A DNA stretch of 64,000 bases from a virus, in the IMG/VR virus record IMGVR_UViG_3300032236_000771, positions 1 through 64,000 of that record; one strand, 5' to 3'. Position numbers and translations under genes: made by a program. Under the pieces are notes generated by a model. That model was not told where the DNA came from. It worked only from the letters and a program-made list of their open reading frames with translations, and did not search any database. Positions 1-9,816 of the stretch are shown piece after piece (positions within the stretch are counted from its first letter, which is position 1; each line of letters opens with the position of its first letter).

Positions 1-377
1 GACATCTTTAGTGGCACTGGCGATGGCTCAATGTAAGTAGGCAAAGCCTTCATACGTTCAAGCAGAACTTCTAGCGGGATGTCCTCGAGACCAGACAGCC
101 ACGCCATTGCCGCATCGTAGTCGTAACCAAGTTTGCCCCCAGACCAAGTCTTGTAGAACTCCTTGACGTCGCACACCAACATACGGACGTTGCCTTTGTA
201 GCCACAAGAGAAACAGAGGTGCATCCCCGATTCAAGGTTTATCCACCAAGACGGAGAGTGGTCTGCCTTACCAGTTTGCTTCTCGTGCTGTGGGCAAAGG
301 GCTAGGGCTTCCTCCCCCTTGACCTCGTAATCAAGACCAAGACCCTGCAGGACTAGCTCAATGTCGAGGGTAATCAA
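1..377 (-). CDS. DNA primase, N-terminal CHC2 zinc-finger part (truncated by window edge)
   Basis: Manual translation from TTG at 377 (overlaps DnaB stop): MITLDIELVL...CPQH...DHSPSWWIN...HLCFSCGYKGN; frame runs off window. Confidence 0.85.
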   Translation of the reverse strand, partial: MITLDIELVLQGLGLDYEVKGEEALALCPQHEKQTGKADHSPSWWINLESGMHLCFSCGYKGNVRMLVCDVKEFYKTWSGGKLGYDYDAAMAWLSGLEDIPLEVLLERMKALPTYIEPSPVPLKM

Positions 378-1627
378 AATGCCGCATTCCATGGAGTGCA
401 GAACTTGCACGAAGACGTAGTCACTTCATCGTGGAAGCAGCCAGTGTCCCAGTTCCAAGTCAGGCTGGTTTCGCCTGGTGGGCAGTTACGAGACTGAACA
501 ATCTTTAGCAAGCGGATGTTCTCATCGTCTTCTACTGGCTCAAGGCCGAGAATAACATCCGAGTCTTGGAAGAATGAGGATGAGTAACCAATGGAGTCTG
601 CGGTGACTTTTCCGCCCTTCATCTTCCAGAGCAGGGTCTGGGTACTAATGACGATTGGGATGTTCATTCGTTGGGCAGCTCGCTTGAGGCCACGAGTGAT
701 GTTGGTCAAAGCCTGTGGCGTGTTTGAGTCGCCAGTTACCTCATCCATCATCAGGTAGACGCCGTCTACGAACAGGATGTCTGGGTTCAGGTTCTCGGCC
801 TTGGCAAGCAGCGAGGAAAGGGTTAGGCCGTTGACGGCATCCACTAGGTGGAATGGTTTGGCTTCCTTCATCGTATCGAGCATGGCTAGGTAGCGGTCTT
901 CTTCAGCACCATCAAGCTTGCCTCGGCGTAGTCGCGAAGACGACACGTGTGCCCGCATAGCATCGTGACGCTGTGCCTGCTCGTGGTTGTTCATCTCAAA
1001 CGACTGGAACATTGGTACTAGACCAGACTCGTGGACGTTAGCGGCCATACGCAAAATGATTTGCGACTTACCAGTCTTCGGCGGAGCGATGACGGTAATC
1101 AACTGGCCACCCTGCAGTCCAGCGGTTGCTTCGTCAATCTTTTCAAAGCCAGTAGGGATGCCGAGCATCTTGTGGTTCTGGATGTTCTCGTATTCGGCCC
1201 AGCGAGTGTCTGGGTCCTTGGTCAAGTCAATGTGATTGGTGCCTAGGTTTCCCTGTGCATTGACAAGAGTGACCACCTTGGACATCTCAACGATGGCCTG
1301 CTCGTGGTTGTTCTCCGCCATGATGCTGACGACATCCTGGACACCGTTTCGGGTAAGCATGTTACGGCGAAAGGAAACCATCGTGTCGATGAGGTAGTCG
1401 ATGGTGTCTTCAACGTCATAGATTTTGAAGTTGGGGAAATTGTCCTTGACGGTTACACCAGTTGGAACCTCACGGTAAGTGGTGTAGTGCTCACGCACAA
1501 ACTTCCATACTCGGCGTAGGTCTTCATCAACGAACCAGTCGTCGCGAACACCCTGCTCGAGAACCGGGATGATGTTGCGGTCTCGGATAACTTTACTGAC
1601 GAGACGATGCTCGTTGTCTACTGCCAT
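374..1627 (-). CDS. dnaB: Replicative DnaB-like helicase
   Basis: GIPTGF..ID....GL..G.L, Walker A APPKTGKS, SFEM, FVDGVYLM, LKR.A..MNIPIV, QDSDVIL. Confidence 0.95.
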   Translation of the reverse strand: MAVDNEHRLVSKVIRDRNIIPVLEQGVRDDWFVDEDLRRVWKFVREHYTTYREVPTGVTVKDNFPNFKIYDVEDTIDYLIDTMVSFRRNMLTRNGVQDVVSIMAENNHEQAIVEMSKVVTLVNAQGNLGTNHIDLTKDPDTRWAEYENIQNHKMLGIPTGFEKIDEATAGLQGGQLITVIAPPKTGKSQIILRMAANVHESGLVPMFQSFEMNNHEQAQRHDAMRAHVSSSRLRRGKLDGAEEDRYLAMLDTMKEAKPFHLVDAVNGLTLSSLLAKAENLNPDILFVDGVYLMMDEVTGDSNTPQALTNITRGLKRAAQRMNIPIVISTQTLLWKMKGGKVTADSIGYSSSFFQDSDVILGLEPVEDDENIRLLKIVQSRNCPPGETSLTWNWDTGCFHDEVTTSSCKFCTPWNAAF

Positions 1628-1646
1628 TTTGCCCTCATGTTCTTTG

Positions 1647-2063
1647 TTACAAGTTGTTCAGTTCAATTCCAAATGAACCGTACCGAGCCACTCTACTCGG
1701 TAAGTCTACGATTCCCCTAAGGTTATTTCTATACGGGATTTCTCCCACGAAGTCATCTATGTCTGAATACAGCTCAGCATAATTAAATGGGTTGCCGCCA
1801 CGCCTGTCAAGTTTGTCCATCAAGGCGTCTAGGTGCTCCTGCTCCCAGTTCTCGTCAGCAAAGCCAGCCAACTCTAATGACATCCCGTATTTGTTGGAGA
1901 TGTTCCATAGGTGCGATAGTGCTAGGTGATTCAGTTTGGTCACCTTGCGAGTGGCTGAGCTAGAAAATAACTTCTTCTGCTCGGTCATCTCTGACTCGGC
2001 TACCACGTCAATTGTTACGATGAGCCGGGGAGACGACTCGTTTGAGATGTCTCCGCCAATCAT
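1647..2063 (-). CDS. Hypothetical protein in replication module
   Basis: 138-aa ORF translationally coupled (TAATG) to the upstream gene. Confidence 0.7.
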   Translation of the reverse strand: MIGGDISNESSPRLIVTIDVVAESEMTEQKKLFSSSATRKVTKLNHLALSHLWNISNKYGMSLELAGFADENWEQEHLDALMDKLDRRGGNPFNYAELYSDIDDFVGEIPYRNNLRGIVDLPSRVARYGSFGIELNNL

Positions 2064-2368
2064 TACAAAACCTCAATAGGAGAATACTTCAGCATGAACT
2101 GGCGGAAACCCTCTGAGGACTCGGTGCTCTCCATGACCTCTTCGTCAGATAGGTCTGCCTTGATAGTCAGCGAGTACTCTCCGTTGTTGGCCTTCAGAGC
2201 GTTCTCTACCCATCGCTGGTGCTTACACTTAGTCAACTGGCGATACTTGGGGCAAGTGCAACGCAAGTGGTCTGAGTTACGGAACCCTGACTGGACCTCA
2301 CACACCCCTTCTTCAGAAATAAAAAACTGAATTGGTGTCCACTCGATTTCCATCCCTAGGCCTTTCAC
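2063..2368 (-). CDS. SWIM-type zinc finger protein
   Basis: CTC-x8-CKH motif. Confidence 0.65.
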   Translation of the reverse strand: MKGLGMEIEWTPIQFFISEEGVCEVQSGFRNSDHLRCTCPKYRQLTKCKHQRWVENALKANNGEYSLTIKADLSDEEVMESTESSEGFRQFMLKYSPIEVL

Positions 2369-3081
2369 TTGGCTCTCCTCAAGTCTTTGTTTAGAATCCT
2401 TACACGGCGGAAGGCTTCGTGGGCAAAGCTACCCATCGCCTCACCGTATTGAACTGCCCAGTTCTCACGCATGTGATTCGTCGTAATTATTGTAGGCAAT
2501 CCTTTGTCGTAGCGTGAGCGAAGCAGGTCGTCAAATGACGAGTCGTTGTAAGTACTGCTGTTCTCTTTGCCTAGGTCGTCGATAATCAAAAGGCGGACAT
2601 TCATCCAGTCTTCTTTGGCACGACCATGGAAGCCTTCGATTTGGCGGTGGATTTCGCGTCGCTCTTCTGGCTCGGCATCAAACGCTGCCTTCTTTAGCGA
2701 TAGGAACTCTGGGAAAGTCAGGAAGTGGATTGCTCGGAAACTTCTGCCCAACTCACCCTGCTTGACGTGTAGAACCTTACGCATCTCGTTCTCGTCATCT
2801 GGCAGACGGCGGATGAACTCAGCAGCGGTTACTACAGCGTGTGTAGTCTTGCCTTCACCCGGTCCGCCATCAAACAAGAGACCAACGCCAGTGGTGCCAA
2901 CACCACCTGGGTTCAAGATGATTTTTCCGTCAATCGCATCGTCAAGCCATTCGTCAATCAAGATTGGGAACTTGCCCAAGTGTTCGACGATTCGGCCTCT
3001 AGTCCAGCCCTCATAGCGGATTGGGATGTTCGATGACTTAGTTAGCCAATACCGCTTCAGCGGTGATAGTTCATTTAGCAA
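2365..3081 (-). CDS. DnaC/IstB-like AAA+ ATPase (helicase loader)
   Basis: GLLFDGGPGEGKT Walker A, LLIIDDLGKE Walker B, RY...LPTIITTN. Confidence 0.9.
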   Translation of the reverse strand: MLNELSPLKRYWLTKSSNIPIRYEGWTRGRIVEHLGKFPILIDEWLDDAIDGKIILNPGGVGTTGVGLLFDGGPGEGKTTHAVVTAAEFIRRLPDDENEMRKVLHVKQGELGRSFRAIHFLTFPEFLSLKKAAFDAEPEERREIHRQIEGFHGRAKEDWMNVRLLIIDDLGKENSSTYNDSSFDDLLRSRYDKGLPTIITTNHMRENWAVQYGEAMGSFAHEAFRRVRILNKDLRRAK

Positions 3082-4039
3082 GGTCCCTCAACTTTTCCTC
3101 ATAGCGTTGCAAGGCGGCACGTCCAGACAACGAGTTGTCGAATTCGCGGCCGTCTGATGCATAAACATACTCGTCCGCATCCTGCTCGTCAACCTCGCCA
3201 GCCAATACCTGTCGAGATGGCATACCGAGGTTCATCAGAGCCTGGTCCATGTGGGTCGTAAACATCTTCAGGTAACGCTTGTAGAAGTACTGGGCCTGCG
3301 ACATGTCTGCCGAGTGCAGGCGTTCATCGCCCATAAACAACCGCAGGATTTCCAACTCAATCAGGGCAGTGATTCCAAACTTAGAGCGGTTCTGTCGCAA
3401 CGCACCAGTCAGTTCTTTGGTCTTGAACAAGCCAGGGAGAAGTGGGTATTTGCGTCCCAGTTGGAATGCAAACTCGGCGGCAACATCTGCTGGGGTCCAC
3501 TCAATGTCTGGACGGCGTCCTCGGGTTCGTGGGTCTCGCTTGTCAGTGCTTAGCTTGTGCTTGACCGCTGCTGGCTTCTCATTCTCAAATAGACCGAAGC
3601 CACCTACTTCGTCATCGCCAGTGGTGTCTTCTCCAGTTGGTCGCCATTTGCTTGCCACGACAATCTCCTTAAGCCCAGAATTCTTGGCATCTAAGTCATA
3701 TATGTTAGTAGTTTTAAATATAGATATATCTTTACTACTGTTAACTATTGATATATCAGCTGTTGATGCCAAGGCTGGTTGGCATGGTAGTAACTGATAA
3801 CGGTTCTTGTGAAACTTACCTAAGTTACGCTTTGTTCTGGCCGTGTCTACTAGAGATGCCTTCTCCAGCCCTCTAAGGGCTATACGCAGACTTTCACGGC
3901 TATACCCAGTAAGCACCCCTAATTCGACCATTGTGGCTTCTACGAGCCCCACAGGGCTTGCTAGGTGCCTTAAGGCCAATAGGGTGCGTAGTTCGCTGGG
4001 ACTAAGCCCAAGAAGGATAACTTCCTCGGAGTAATTCAT
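3071..4039 (-). CDS. Putative replication initiator with N-terminal winged HTH
   Basis: ELGVLTGYSRESLRIALRGLEKASLV HTH, low-complexity linker, directly upstream of DnaC-like gene. Confidence 0.65.
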   Translation of the reverse strand: MNYSEEVILLGLSPSELRTLLALRHLASPVGLVEATMVELGVLTGYSRESLRIALRGLEKASLVDTARTKRNLGKFHKNRYQLLPCQPALASTADISIVNSSKDISIFKTTNIYDLDAKNSGLKEIVVASKWRPTGEDTTGDDEVGGFGLFENEKPAAVKHKLSTDKRDPRTRGRRPDIEWTPADVAAEFAFQLGRKYPLLPGLFKTKELTGALRQNRSKFGITALIELEILRLFMGDERLHSADMSQAQYFYKRYLKMFTTHMDQALMNLGMPSRQVLAGEVDEQDADEYVYASDGREFDNSLSGRAALQRYEEKLRDLAK

Positions 4040-4056
4040 TTGCCCTCACTTTTCGA

Positions 4057-4326
4057 CTATCTACGTCTGTCGATGACGTAAGGCCGATTTGCTAAGGCAC
4101 TTACGAGCAGACCTAGGAATGATACTAGGAAAGATGCTGCCAGTCCAGCCACCGCTAGTGCAAACCCGGTTATGGAAAGAATCCAGCATCCATAGAATGC
4201 CAATGGCAATGCCACGGCCGTCTTGAATAGGCGTGGACTCCAGTTGTCTGGGAGAGCCAGAGCGAGAATTTCGACTAGGTAACTGACGGCAAAACTTACT
4301 AGCAGGACTGATAAGAAAATGTTCAT
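4057..4326 (-). CDS. Small membrane protein (about 3 TM), leaderless start
   Basis: Three hydrophobic stretches; TAGTAT 6 nt before ATG. Confidence 0.65.
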   Translation of the reverse strand: MNIFLSVLLVSFAVSYLVEILALALPDNWSPRLFKTAVALPLAFYGCWILSITGFALAVAGLAASFLVSFLGLLVSALANRPYVIDRRR

Positions 4327-4335
4327 ACCCAGATA

Positions 4336-6549
4336 CTAATCGGTAATTCCAGAAGCCTCAATACCAGACTGCGAGGTAATCATCCACGGAGTGTCATTAG
4401 GGATAAACGCCACGATTTCATCTGCCAACCGGGCAACATTGGTTATCTTGTTTGGGTAAAGATACGAAGGGCTAGTGCTTGAACTTCCAGACCAGACTGC
4501 ATCTCGCTCAGTTCCGTAGTCTCCGTCGAAGTATTCGGTGGCACCAAACGTTGGTTCAAACTGAACTGCATCGAACAAGGCAGTTCCAGCAAACGTTCCG
4601 CCCAAAGAAACAACGAAGTCCGTGCTTGCTTGAGCAAAGCCTGCAGGAATTGACCAAGCAAACTGTAGTCGAGACCAATCGGTGCCTAAGGCTAGGGTTG
4701 TGGAGCTAGTTGCAGAGAACTCAATGGTTCCGTCCGCATTAGTTTCCGCTACGTCGCTACCGCTTACGATAAAACCGATTTGACTTGGAGTAACTAAAGT
4801 CACAATGTGGGTTCCGTCGTAAGGACTTCCCAAGCCACTAACGGCCACAGTGTTTCCGACAACAACTGGGCCAACCGATGACACGCTTAGAACTGCCGTG
4901 TTGTTACTGACAAAAAAACCATAAACAACGCTGGAAGTATGGGCGGTGATTCCCAAAGTTGCGGTATCAGCAGCGTTGGTGCTATTAGCAAATGCCGACA
5001 GTGTTACGTATCCCGATGTTGGGACAAGGCCAGTAGCAATTGGAGTAGTTGCCGTTTGACCAGCCGTAAGTTGCAATGCCTTAGTTCCAACCAGGACCTG
5101 AGGGGCTGACGTCGCAGACACCTGAGAGCCAGCAGTAGTCCAGCCAGCAGTGCTTACTTCAAACGATGGGTTGTTGATGTAGTTGACTTTCTTCGGTGAC
5201 AGATAGGCAGTGATTCCACGTGCCTCGTGGTAATCGGTGATGTTGGCAGTAGCAAACTGAATCTGGTCCAAATTGAAATTGCCAGTTGCACCGAATGTAA
5301 ACTTTAGGCTGGCATAGCTTGCTCCAGTAGGGGATGTCGATAGGGCCACAGTCTGCTTAGCCCAAGTTGGGGTCACCGAGTTGATTGTTGATGAGGTAGT
5401 CGCTGAGCTGATGACCTGGCCCAAGTAATCATACCAAGTGACTGACGGGGTAACAGTTGCTCCGCCCAAAGTGTCGGTGCGAATGTAGTAAGACAATGCG
5501 TAGTCCACACCAGCAATGACTGGGATTCCTCGAGTAATTGGGTAGTCTTCACCATTACGGATAGACGGGCTCGTCGCACTATTTACGACTACCTTGGCCG
5601 AATACATGCGGTCAATCGTCAGGCTCTCAGAAGTGATTGGGGTTACGTCGTCCACACTTAGAGTGCAGTCACCGATGTTTTGCCAAAAACCTAGGCCCTT
5701 GTAAAAAGTACTGTCAGCGTTTGAGAGCATTAGGTTTGGTGACTGAGTTAGCACTGGAGCATACCCAGTAAGACTCTCAACCAAAGTCCCGAGTGCCGCT
5801 AGGGTGCCCTTGTTGCGGTAAAGATAGAACGCCTCACGAAGCATACGCTTCTGGTTCTTGATTGAAACCGTTGGTTCAACGGTCAGTCCCAACTGAGAAG
5901 CTTTAGCAGCAATGATGGTTGGGCTAGTAGTTGACCCCGAGTAGTCAGGCAGTAGAGACTCAGCCATGGTCAAGAACTCGTCAACAGTAAAGGACATGCC
6001 CTGCAAAAAGCGGTAGAGGTCGCTATCTGGGTTGACCGAGTCCAATGGAGACTGCGATACCGAAGTGTAAGTCCTAGGTAGCAGGTTCATAAAGCGGTCA
6101 TGCGTAGTCATCAACGATGACTTATTGAGCCCAAACGTTGGGTGGTCTGATGGGATTAGGGCGTAACTATCCCCGGCTGGATACCAGACATTGTCACTAG
6201 AGCGAAGAATCCAAAAACGGTAATAGACAAACTTTCCACCAACTAGTGGCGGGTTTGAGTTGTCCGCATTGTCCACTCCGTCAACAAAGGAACTGATTGC
6301 GATGCTTCCAGTAAGAGGGTCAATGCCATACTCTTCAAAAATTACCGCACCGTCTTCGTATGTCTCAGAATACCCGTCCTGGTTACGAAGCAGTTTGACG
6401 GCAGTATAGTTCCCGATTGGAGAACTCCAAGTAAGGCGTACCGAAGTGTAGGTTAGTGCAACGCTCGTAAAGGGGTTGAACGAAAACGCTAATCTAGACT
6501 TCTGACCATAGGTAGACTGGTCATACGCAAAGGAACCATATTTAGACAT
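4336..6549 (-). CDS. Baseplate wedge (P2 gpI-like) / tail protein with carbohydrate-binding-like domains
   Basis: LLP..Y...L.RFL and YLYRNKGT..AL..LVE.LTG; NYINNPSFE...GW repeats; follows baseplate J. Confidence 0.75.
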   Translation of the reverse strand: MSKYGSFAYDQSTYGQKSRLAFSFNPFTSVALTYTSVRLTWSSPIGNYTAVKLLRNQDGYSETYEDGAVIFEEYGIDPLTGSIAISSFVDGVDNADNSNPPLVGGKFVYYRFWILRSSDNVWYPAGDSYALIPSDHPTFGLNKSSLMTTHDRFMNLLPRTYTSVSQSPLDSVNPDSDLYRFLQGMSFTVDEFLTMAESLLPDYSGSTTSPTIIAAKASQLGLTVEPTVSIKNQKRMLREAFYLYRNKGTLAALGTLVESLTGYAPVLTQSPNLMLSNADSTFYKGLGFWQNIGDCTLSVDDVTPITSESLTIDRMYSAKVVVNSATSPSIRNGEDYPITRGIPVIAGVDYALSYYIRTDTLGGATVTPSVTWYDYLGQVISSATTSSTINSVTPTWAKQTVALSTSPTGASYASLKFTFGATGNFNLDQIQFATANITDYHEARGITAYLSPKKVNYINNPSFEVSTAGWTTAGSQVSATSAPQVLVGTKALQLTAGQTATTPIATGLVPTSGYVTLSAFANSTNAADTATLGITAHTSSVVYGFFVSNNTAVLSVSSVGPVVVGNTVAVSGLGSPYDGTHIVTLVTPSQIGFIVSGSDVAETNADGTIEFSATSSTTLALGTDWSRLQFAWSIPAGFAQASTDFVVSLGGTFAGTALFDAVQFEPTFGATEYFDGDYGTERDAVWSGSSSTSPSYLYPNKITNVARLADEIVAFIPNDTPWMITSQSGIEASGITD

Positions 6550-6553
6550 TTAT

Positions 6554-6991
6554 TTAGAGAGTTCCGCAATCAATCAGGTTTGCAACAAGGTTTCCCGAAA
6601 CGTCTACTGAGGCCACTAAGGCGTTAGAAGAGTTACGCACCTCAATGAGGTTTGCGGTCTGGCCCGACTTAGCTCGTAGAGTAAGTCCTACGGTGCTGTT
6701 CGACAACGACTGGATGGTTGAGCCACCGCCCACGTCTACGCGGTCAGTAAACGCTGTGTAGACACCAGCCTCGATGTTAGTAAGTCGGTCCTTTAGGTTA
6801 GACCAAGCGGTAGTTGTTGAGTCGAAGTTTCCGCTACCCCAAGTAGGGCTAATAGCAACTCCACCAGCACCGAGGTTCTGCTCAACAGCGGTAACCTCGT
6901 CATAGATGGTGTTCACATCTGCGGCAACTACTAGGTCCTGTAGGTCTCGACGAGCGGTCCAAGATTTAACTCTGGCAGGGTATTCGGTCAT
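6554..6991 (-). CDS. Tail-associated structural protein
   Basis: 145 aa, AGGAG RBS, within baseplate module. Confidence 0.6.
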   Translation of the reverse strand: MTEYPARVKSWTARRDLQDLVVAADVNTIYDEVTAVEQNLGAGGVAISPTWGSGNFDSTTTAWSNLKDRLTNIEAGVYTAFTDRVDVGGGSTIQSLSNSTVGLTLRAKSGQTANLIEVRNSSNALVASVDVSGNLVANLIDCGTL

Positions 6992-7058
6992 AATGACTCT
7001 CCTAAAGTGATGTTTCTATTTTGCCCTGAAAGACGGGCTTTGATTGGGTGAACTGGGG

Positions 7059-7529
7059 CTATCCACCAAGGGCGGTAATCCTAGAACTCAGGGATGCAAT
7101 TTGTGACTGCTGGGTCGCAATCGTATGGGCCATAGCAAGCATTGACGCGGTTACGTCTACTTCAATTGACCCATCTGCGTTTCGTGCCGTAATGATGTAA
7201 CTAGTGATTCCAGATAGTGATTCCCCAGCCGCTAGTTGGCGAAGAAGCAGATTGTTGCCCGGTCCTTGGTTCTTACCAAAAACACCTACCCAAATAGGGA
7301 AGGCAACGTCCCCGCCCTCAAACATGACCCATACGCCTTGACCGACTGCTGGAGCCTTTTGACGACCAGTTGCTGAGAACGATGGCCAAGCCCACTCGGT
7401 TGGTTCCTCGTGGAACAACTGCGGAACCTTGATGCGGATACGGCCGTTATTCTGAGGGTCCTTATTGTCTACGACTATGCCTCGATAGACGCCGTAGGCC
7501 CGCTGAGCCCCAGTGCTATCCTTCAGCAT
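7059..7529 (-). CDS. Baseplate spike, gp5/gpV OB-fold
   Basis: YGVYRGIVVDNKDP...GRIRIKVP...P.VGQGVWVMFEGGD..FPIW.G. Confidence 0.9.
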   Translation of the reverse strand: MLKDSTGAQRAYGVYRGIVVDNKDPQNNGRIRIKVPQLFHEEPTEWAWPSFSATGRQKAPAVGQGVWVMFEGGDVAFPIWVGVFGKNQGPGNNLLLRQLAAGESLSGITSYIITARNADGSIEVDVTASMLAMAHTIATQQSQIASLSSRITALGG

Positions 7530-9394
7530 TATGCGTTCCTAGTGATGGCGATTCGGTAAGTCTGAGTGGTGAATCCGTCTTGAGCTAGAACTACTACGTT
7601 GGCAGTCGTTACTCCAACTGGCGTAGTAACCACGGCACCGAGGACTGAGTCGTAAGCAGTTCCGTTGACAGTAATGCTTGCAGTTGACGATACGGCGGTA
7701 AGGGTTACCGAAGTGGTGCTGTCAGCAATGAGCAGGTTGTAGTTCAAGTGGTCTGAGGCAAAACTTGGGCTTAGGGTTCCGTGGTTAGAACTCAAAGCAG
7801 ACAGCGTTGAATCCGAAGATGCAGGGTTGATGTCTAGGTTAGGCTCATCGAATACAAAGATTTCACTAGCGGTTCCTTGCAAAACATTTCGTCCAGTAGC
7901 ACCTGGTCGAGCCAACAAAAGAACCTTGGCATTGTACACGCCGTCAGCCTGACGAATCTGGGCCTCAACTTCTTCTGGAGTAATCAAGTCTCCAAAAATC
8001 ATGTTGTTGTAAGAGAAACGATTTATCAAAGTAGCCAAGATGTTGGCCTTGACCGCATCGTTGGTGTACTGTGGTCGCTTAGTAAACTGAACGCCTAGGT
8101 GAACTGGTACATAACTAGGTGGCGATACAGTGACCGAAACGCCAATCTGAGTCTTGTTAGACAAGTACGAAGTAACGCCTTGGCTAAGTCCAGACCAAGT
8201 CACGGAGTCCAATGTTCCGCCAGCAGTTGGGTCCCCAGTAAAGCCTGGGTAAAGGTCGGTTACATCCGAGTTCTGCTGTGGAGAAACATAGAGGGTTACC
8301 GAGTTCTTCGACTCAGCAATCGCATTGCTTTTACCCACGTTGGTGACCTGAAGGGCTAGGCTTGCATAGTCCAGCAACGTAACGGCTCGGTTCAAAGTAG
8401 TAAGTGCTCGAGGAGCGTTGTAGCGAATGCTGGTGTTGCTCTCTGGCTCTGAGCCACCTACGCCTACGGTCGTATTGCTAACCTCAATGTTTGGCAGAGT
8501 GTAGCCAACTGGAATTGAGTAAATAGTGGTCAGCACGTTCGTAGTTACGTTTCCTACGGCACCTCCGCCAATGGTGTAGTCCACCTTGATGCTCTTACCA
8601 GTGCTTGGGATAGCTCCTGAGATTCCATCGCCAAAGGTGACGTAGACGTAGTTGTTAGCATCGATGTCAATGGTGTAGACGCTGTCCGTTGGCCCACTGT
8701 CTGAAAGGTGGGTAACTGGCTGCCATTCAGCGTAAGTGGTTCCGCTACCAATCTCAACGAAGACCTTGACCGAACCTTCAACTACCTGATTCTCAGCCAG
8801 CATAAAGGTCTGGCTTGGAGTGCCATCACTAATGCCAACTGCCTCGCCATAGTTAGGGTCATTGTTAGGAAGAGTAGATGCGTTTTGTCCGTGCAAAGCA
8901 ATAACGGCCGAACTTGCTCCAGCAGTTCCGTCTACAGCCGCTGGGGCTACTACCGCAGACTGAGTAGTGAAAACCAGTTCTTCAACTGCATCGTTTACGA
9001 CTACCTGTCCGCTAACCTGAGTTCCAGCAGGCACGGTAACATCGCTATTGCCAGTGTTGTAGAAGACAACCGAGCAACTAGCGGACTTGTAACTAGACGG
9101 GTTGTAGCCATAGACTTTGGCTAGATTGATGATGTTCTGACGCTGAGTTGCGGTGCTCAGATAGTTCTCGTTTGCAATTCGGTCAATGTAGTAGTTAGTT
9201 ACGTCGCCCATGTATGCGAATGCCTCAACTAGGGCTACGCCGAAGTCAGCAGGGTCGTTAGCACTCCAAGTAACGCCTGAGTTAGGGACGTTGACGTTTG
9301 CCTGAATGCGGGCAATCAAGTCGCTACGAAGCGAGTAGAAGTCGCGAGACGTATAGTCTACTGATACTGGAATTTCATTGGCAGGAGTGGTCAC
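7529..9394 (-). CDS. Baseplate J-like wedge protein with C-terminal cadherin-like beta-sandwich
   Basis: DYTSRDF.S.R, D.G.ALVE.FAY.GD, RAVT..DY; C-terminal LSALS...LSPSF. Confidence 0.92.
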   Translation of the reverse strand: MTTPANEIPVSVDYTSRDFYSLRSDLIARIQANVNVPNSGVTWSANDPADFGVALVEAFAYMGDVTNYYIDRIANENYLSTATQRQNIINLAKVYGYNPSSYKSASCSVVFYNTGNSDVTVPAGTQVSGQVVVNDAVEELVFTTQSAVVAPAAVDGTAGASSAVIALHGQNASTLPNNDPNYGEAVGISDGTPSQTFMLAENQVVEGSVKVFVEIGSGTTYAEWQPVTHLSDSGPTDSVYTIDIDANNYVYVTFGDGISGAIPSTGKSIKVDYTIGGGAVGNVTTNVLTTIYSIPVGYTLPNIEVSNTTVGVGGSEPESNTSIRYNAPRALTTLNRAVTLLDYASLALQVTNVGKSNAIAESKNSVTLYVSPQQNSDVTDLYPGFTGDPTAGGTLDSVTWSGLSQGVTSYLSNKTQIGVSVTVSPPSYVPVHLGVQFTKRPQYTNDAVKANILATLINRFSYNNMIFGDLITPEEVEAQIRQADGVYNAKVLLLARPGATGRNVLQGTASEIFVFDEPNLDINPASSDSTLSALSSNHGTLSPSFASDHLNYNLLIADSTTSVTLTAVSSTASITVNGTAYDSVLGAVVTTPVGVTTANVVVLAQDGFTTQTYRIAITRNA

Positions 9395-9810
9395 AGGAGT
9401 TCCTCACTTGATGGGCGGTTGCCTGGCGTAAGTACTACGCCGATGTTGGTGGTCACGGTGTCTTGGTTAGGTAGGCTGTAAACTACCTCTACAGACAAAA
9501 GGTTCTCTCGGTCGTCAAAAGAGGTATTGACCTTCTCAAGAGATAGGGCAGGTAAGAAGTTAGCAAAGGCATCGTGAACCGCACCCTTGAGCTTCTCTTG
9601 TGCACCTTGTTCGTTCTCAAAGTTCTGATAAGCAATCTTGGAGCCAAAGCGTGGTCGCATAACTCGCTCACCCACAACAGTGCCAAGAACCCCACGCACC
9701 CGGTCAGCCCAAATCTTGGACTGAGTATTACTTACGGCTACTCGTCCATACTGAGAAATGGCGAATGGTAGTGAGATAGAAATCTCTGAGATTGGGGCTT
9801 GCTGTGCCAT
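9391..9810 (-). CDS. Baseplate gp25/gpW-like protein
   Basis: VLGT..GERVMRPRFGS motif. Confidence 0.9.
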   Translation of the reverse strand: MAQQAPISEISISLPFAISQYGRVAVSNTQSKIWADRVRGVLGTVVGERVMRPRFGSKIAYQNFENEQGAQEKLKGAVHDAFANFLPALSLEKVNTSFDDRENLLSVEVVYSLPNQDTVTTNIGVVLTPGNRPSSEELL

Positions 9811-9816
9811 AGGTGC

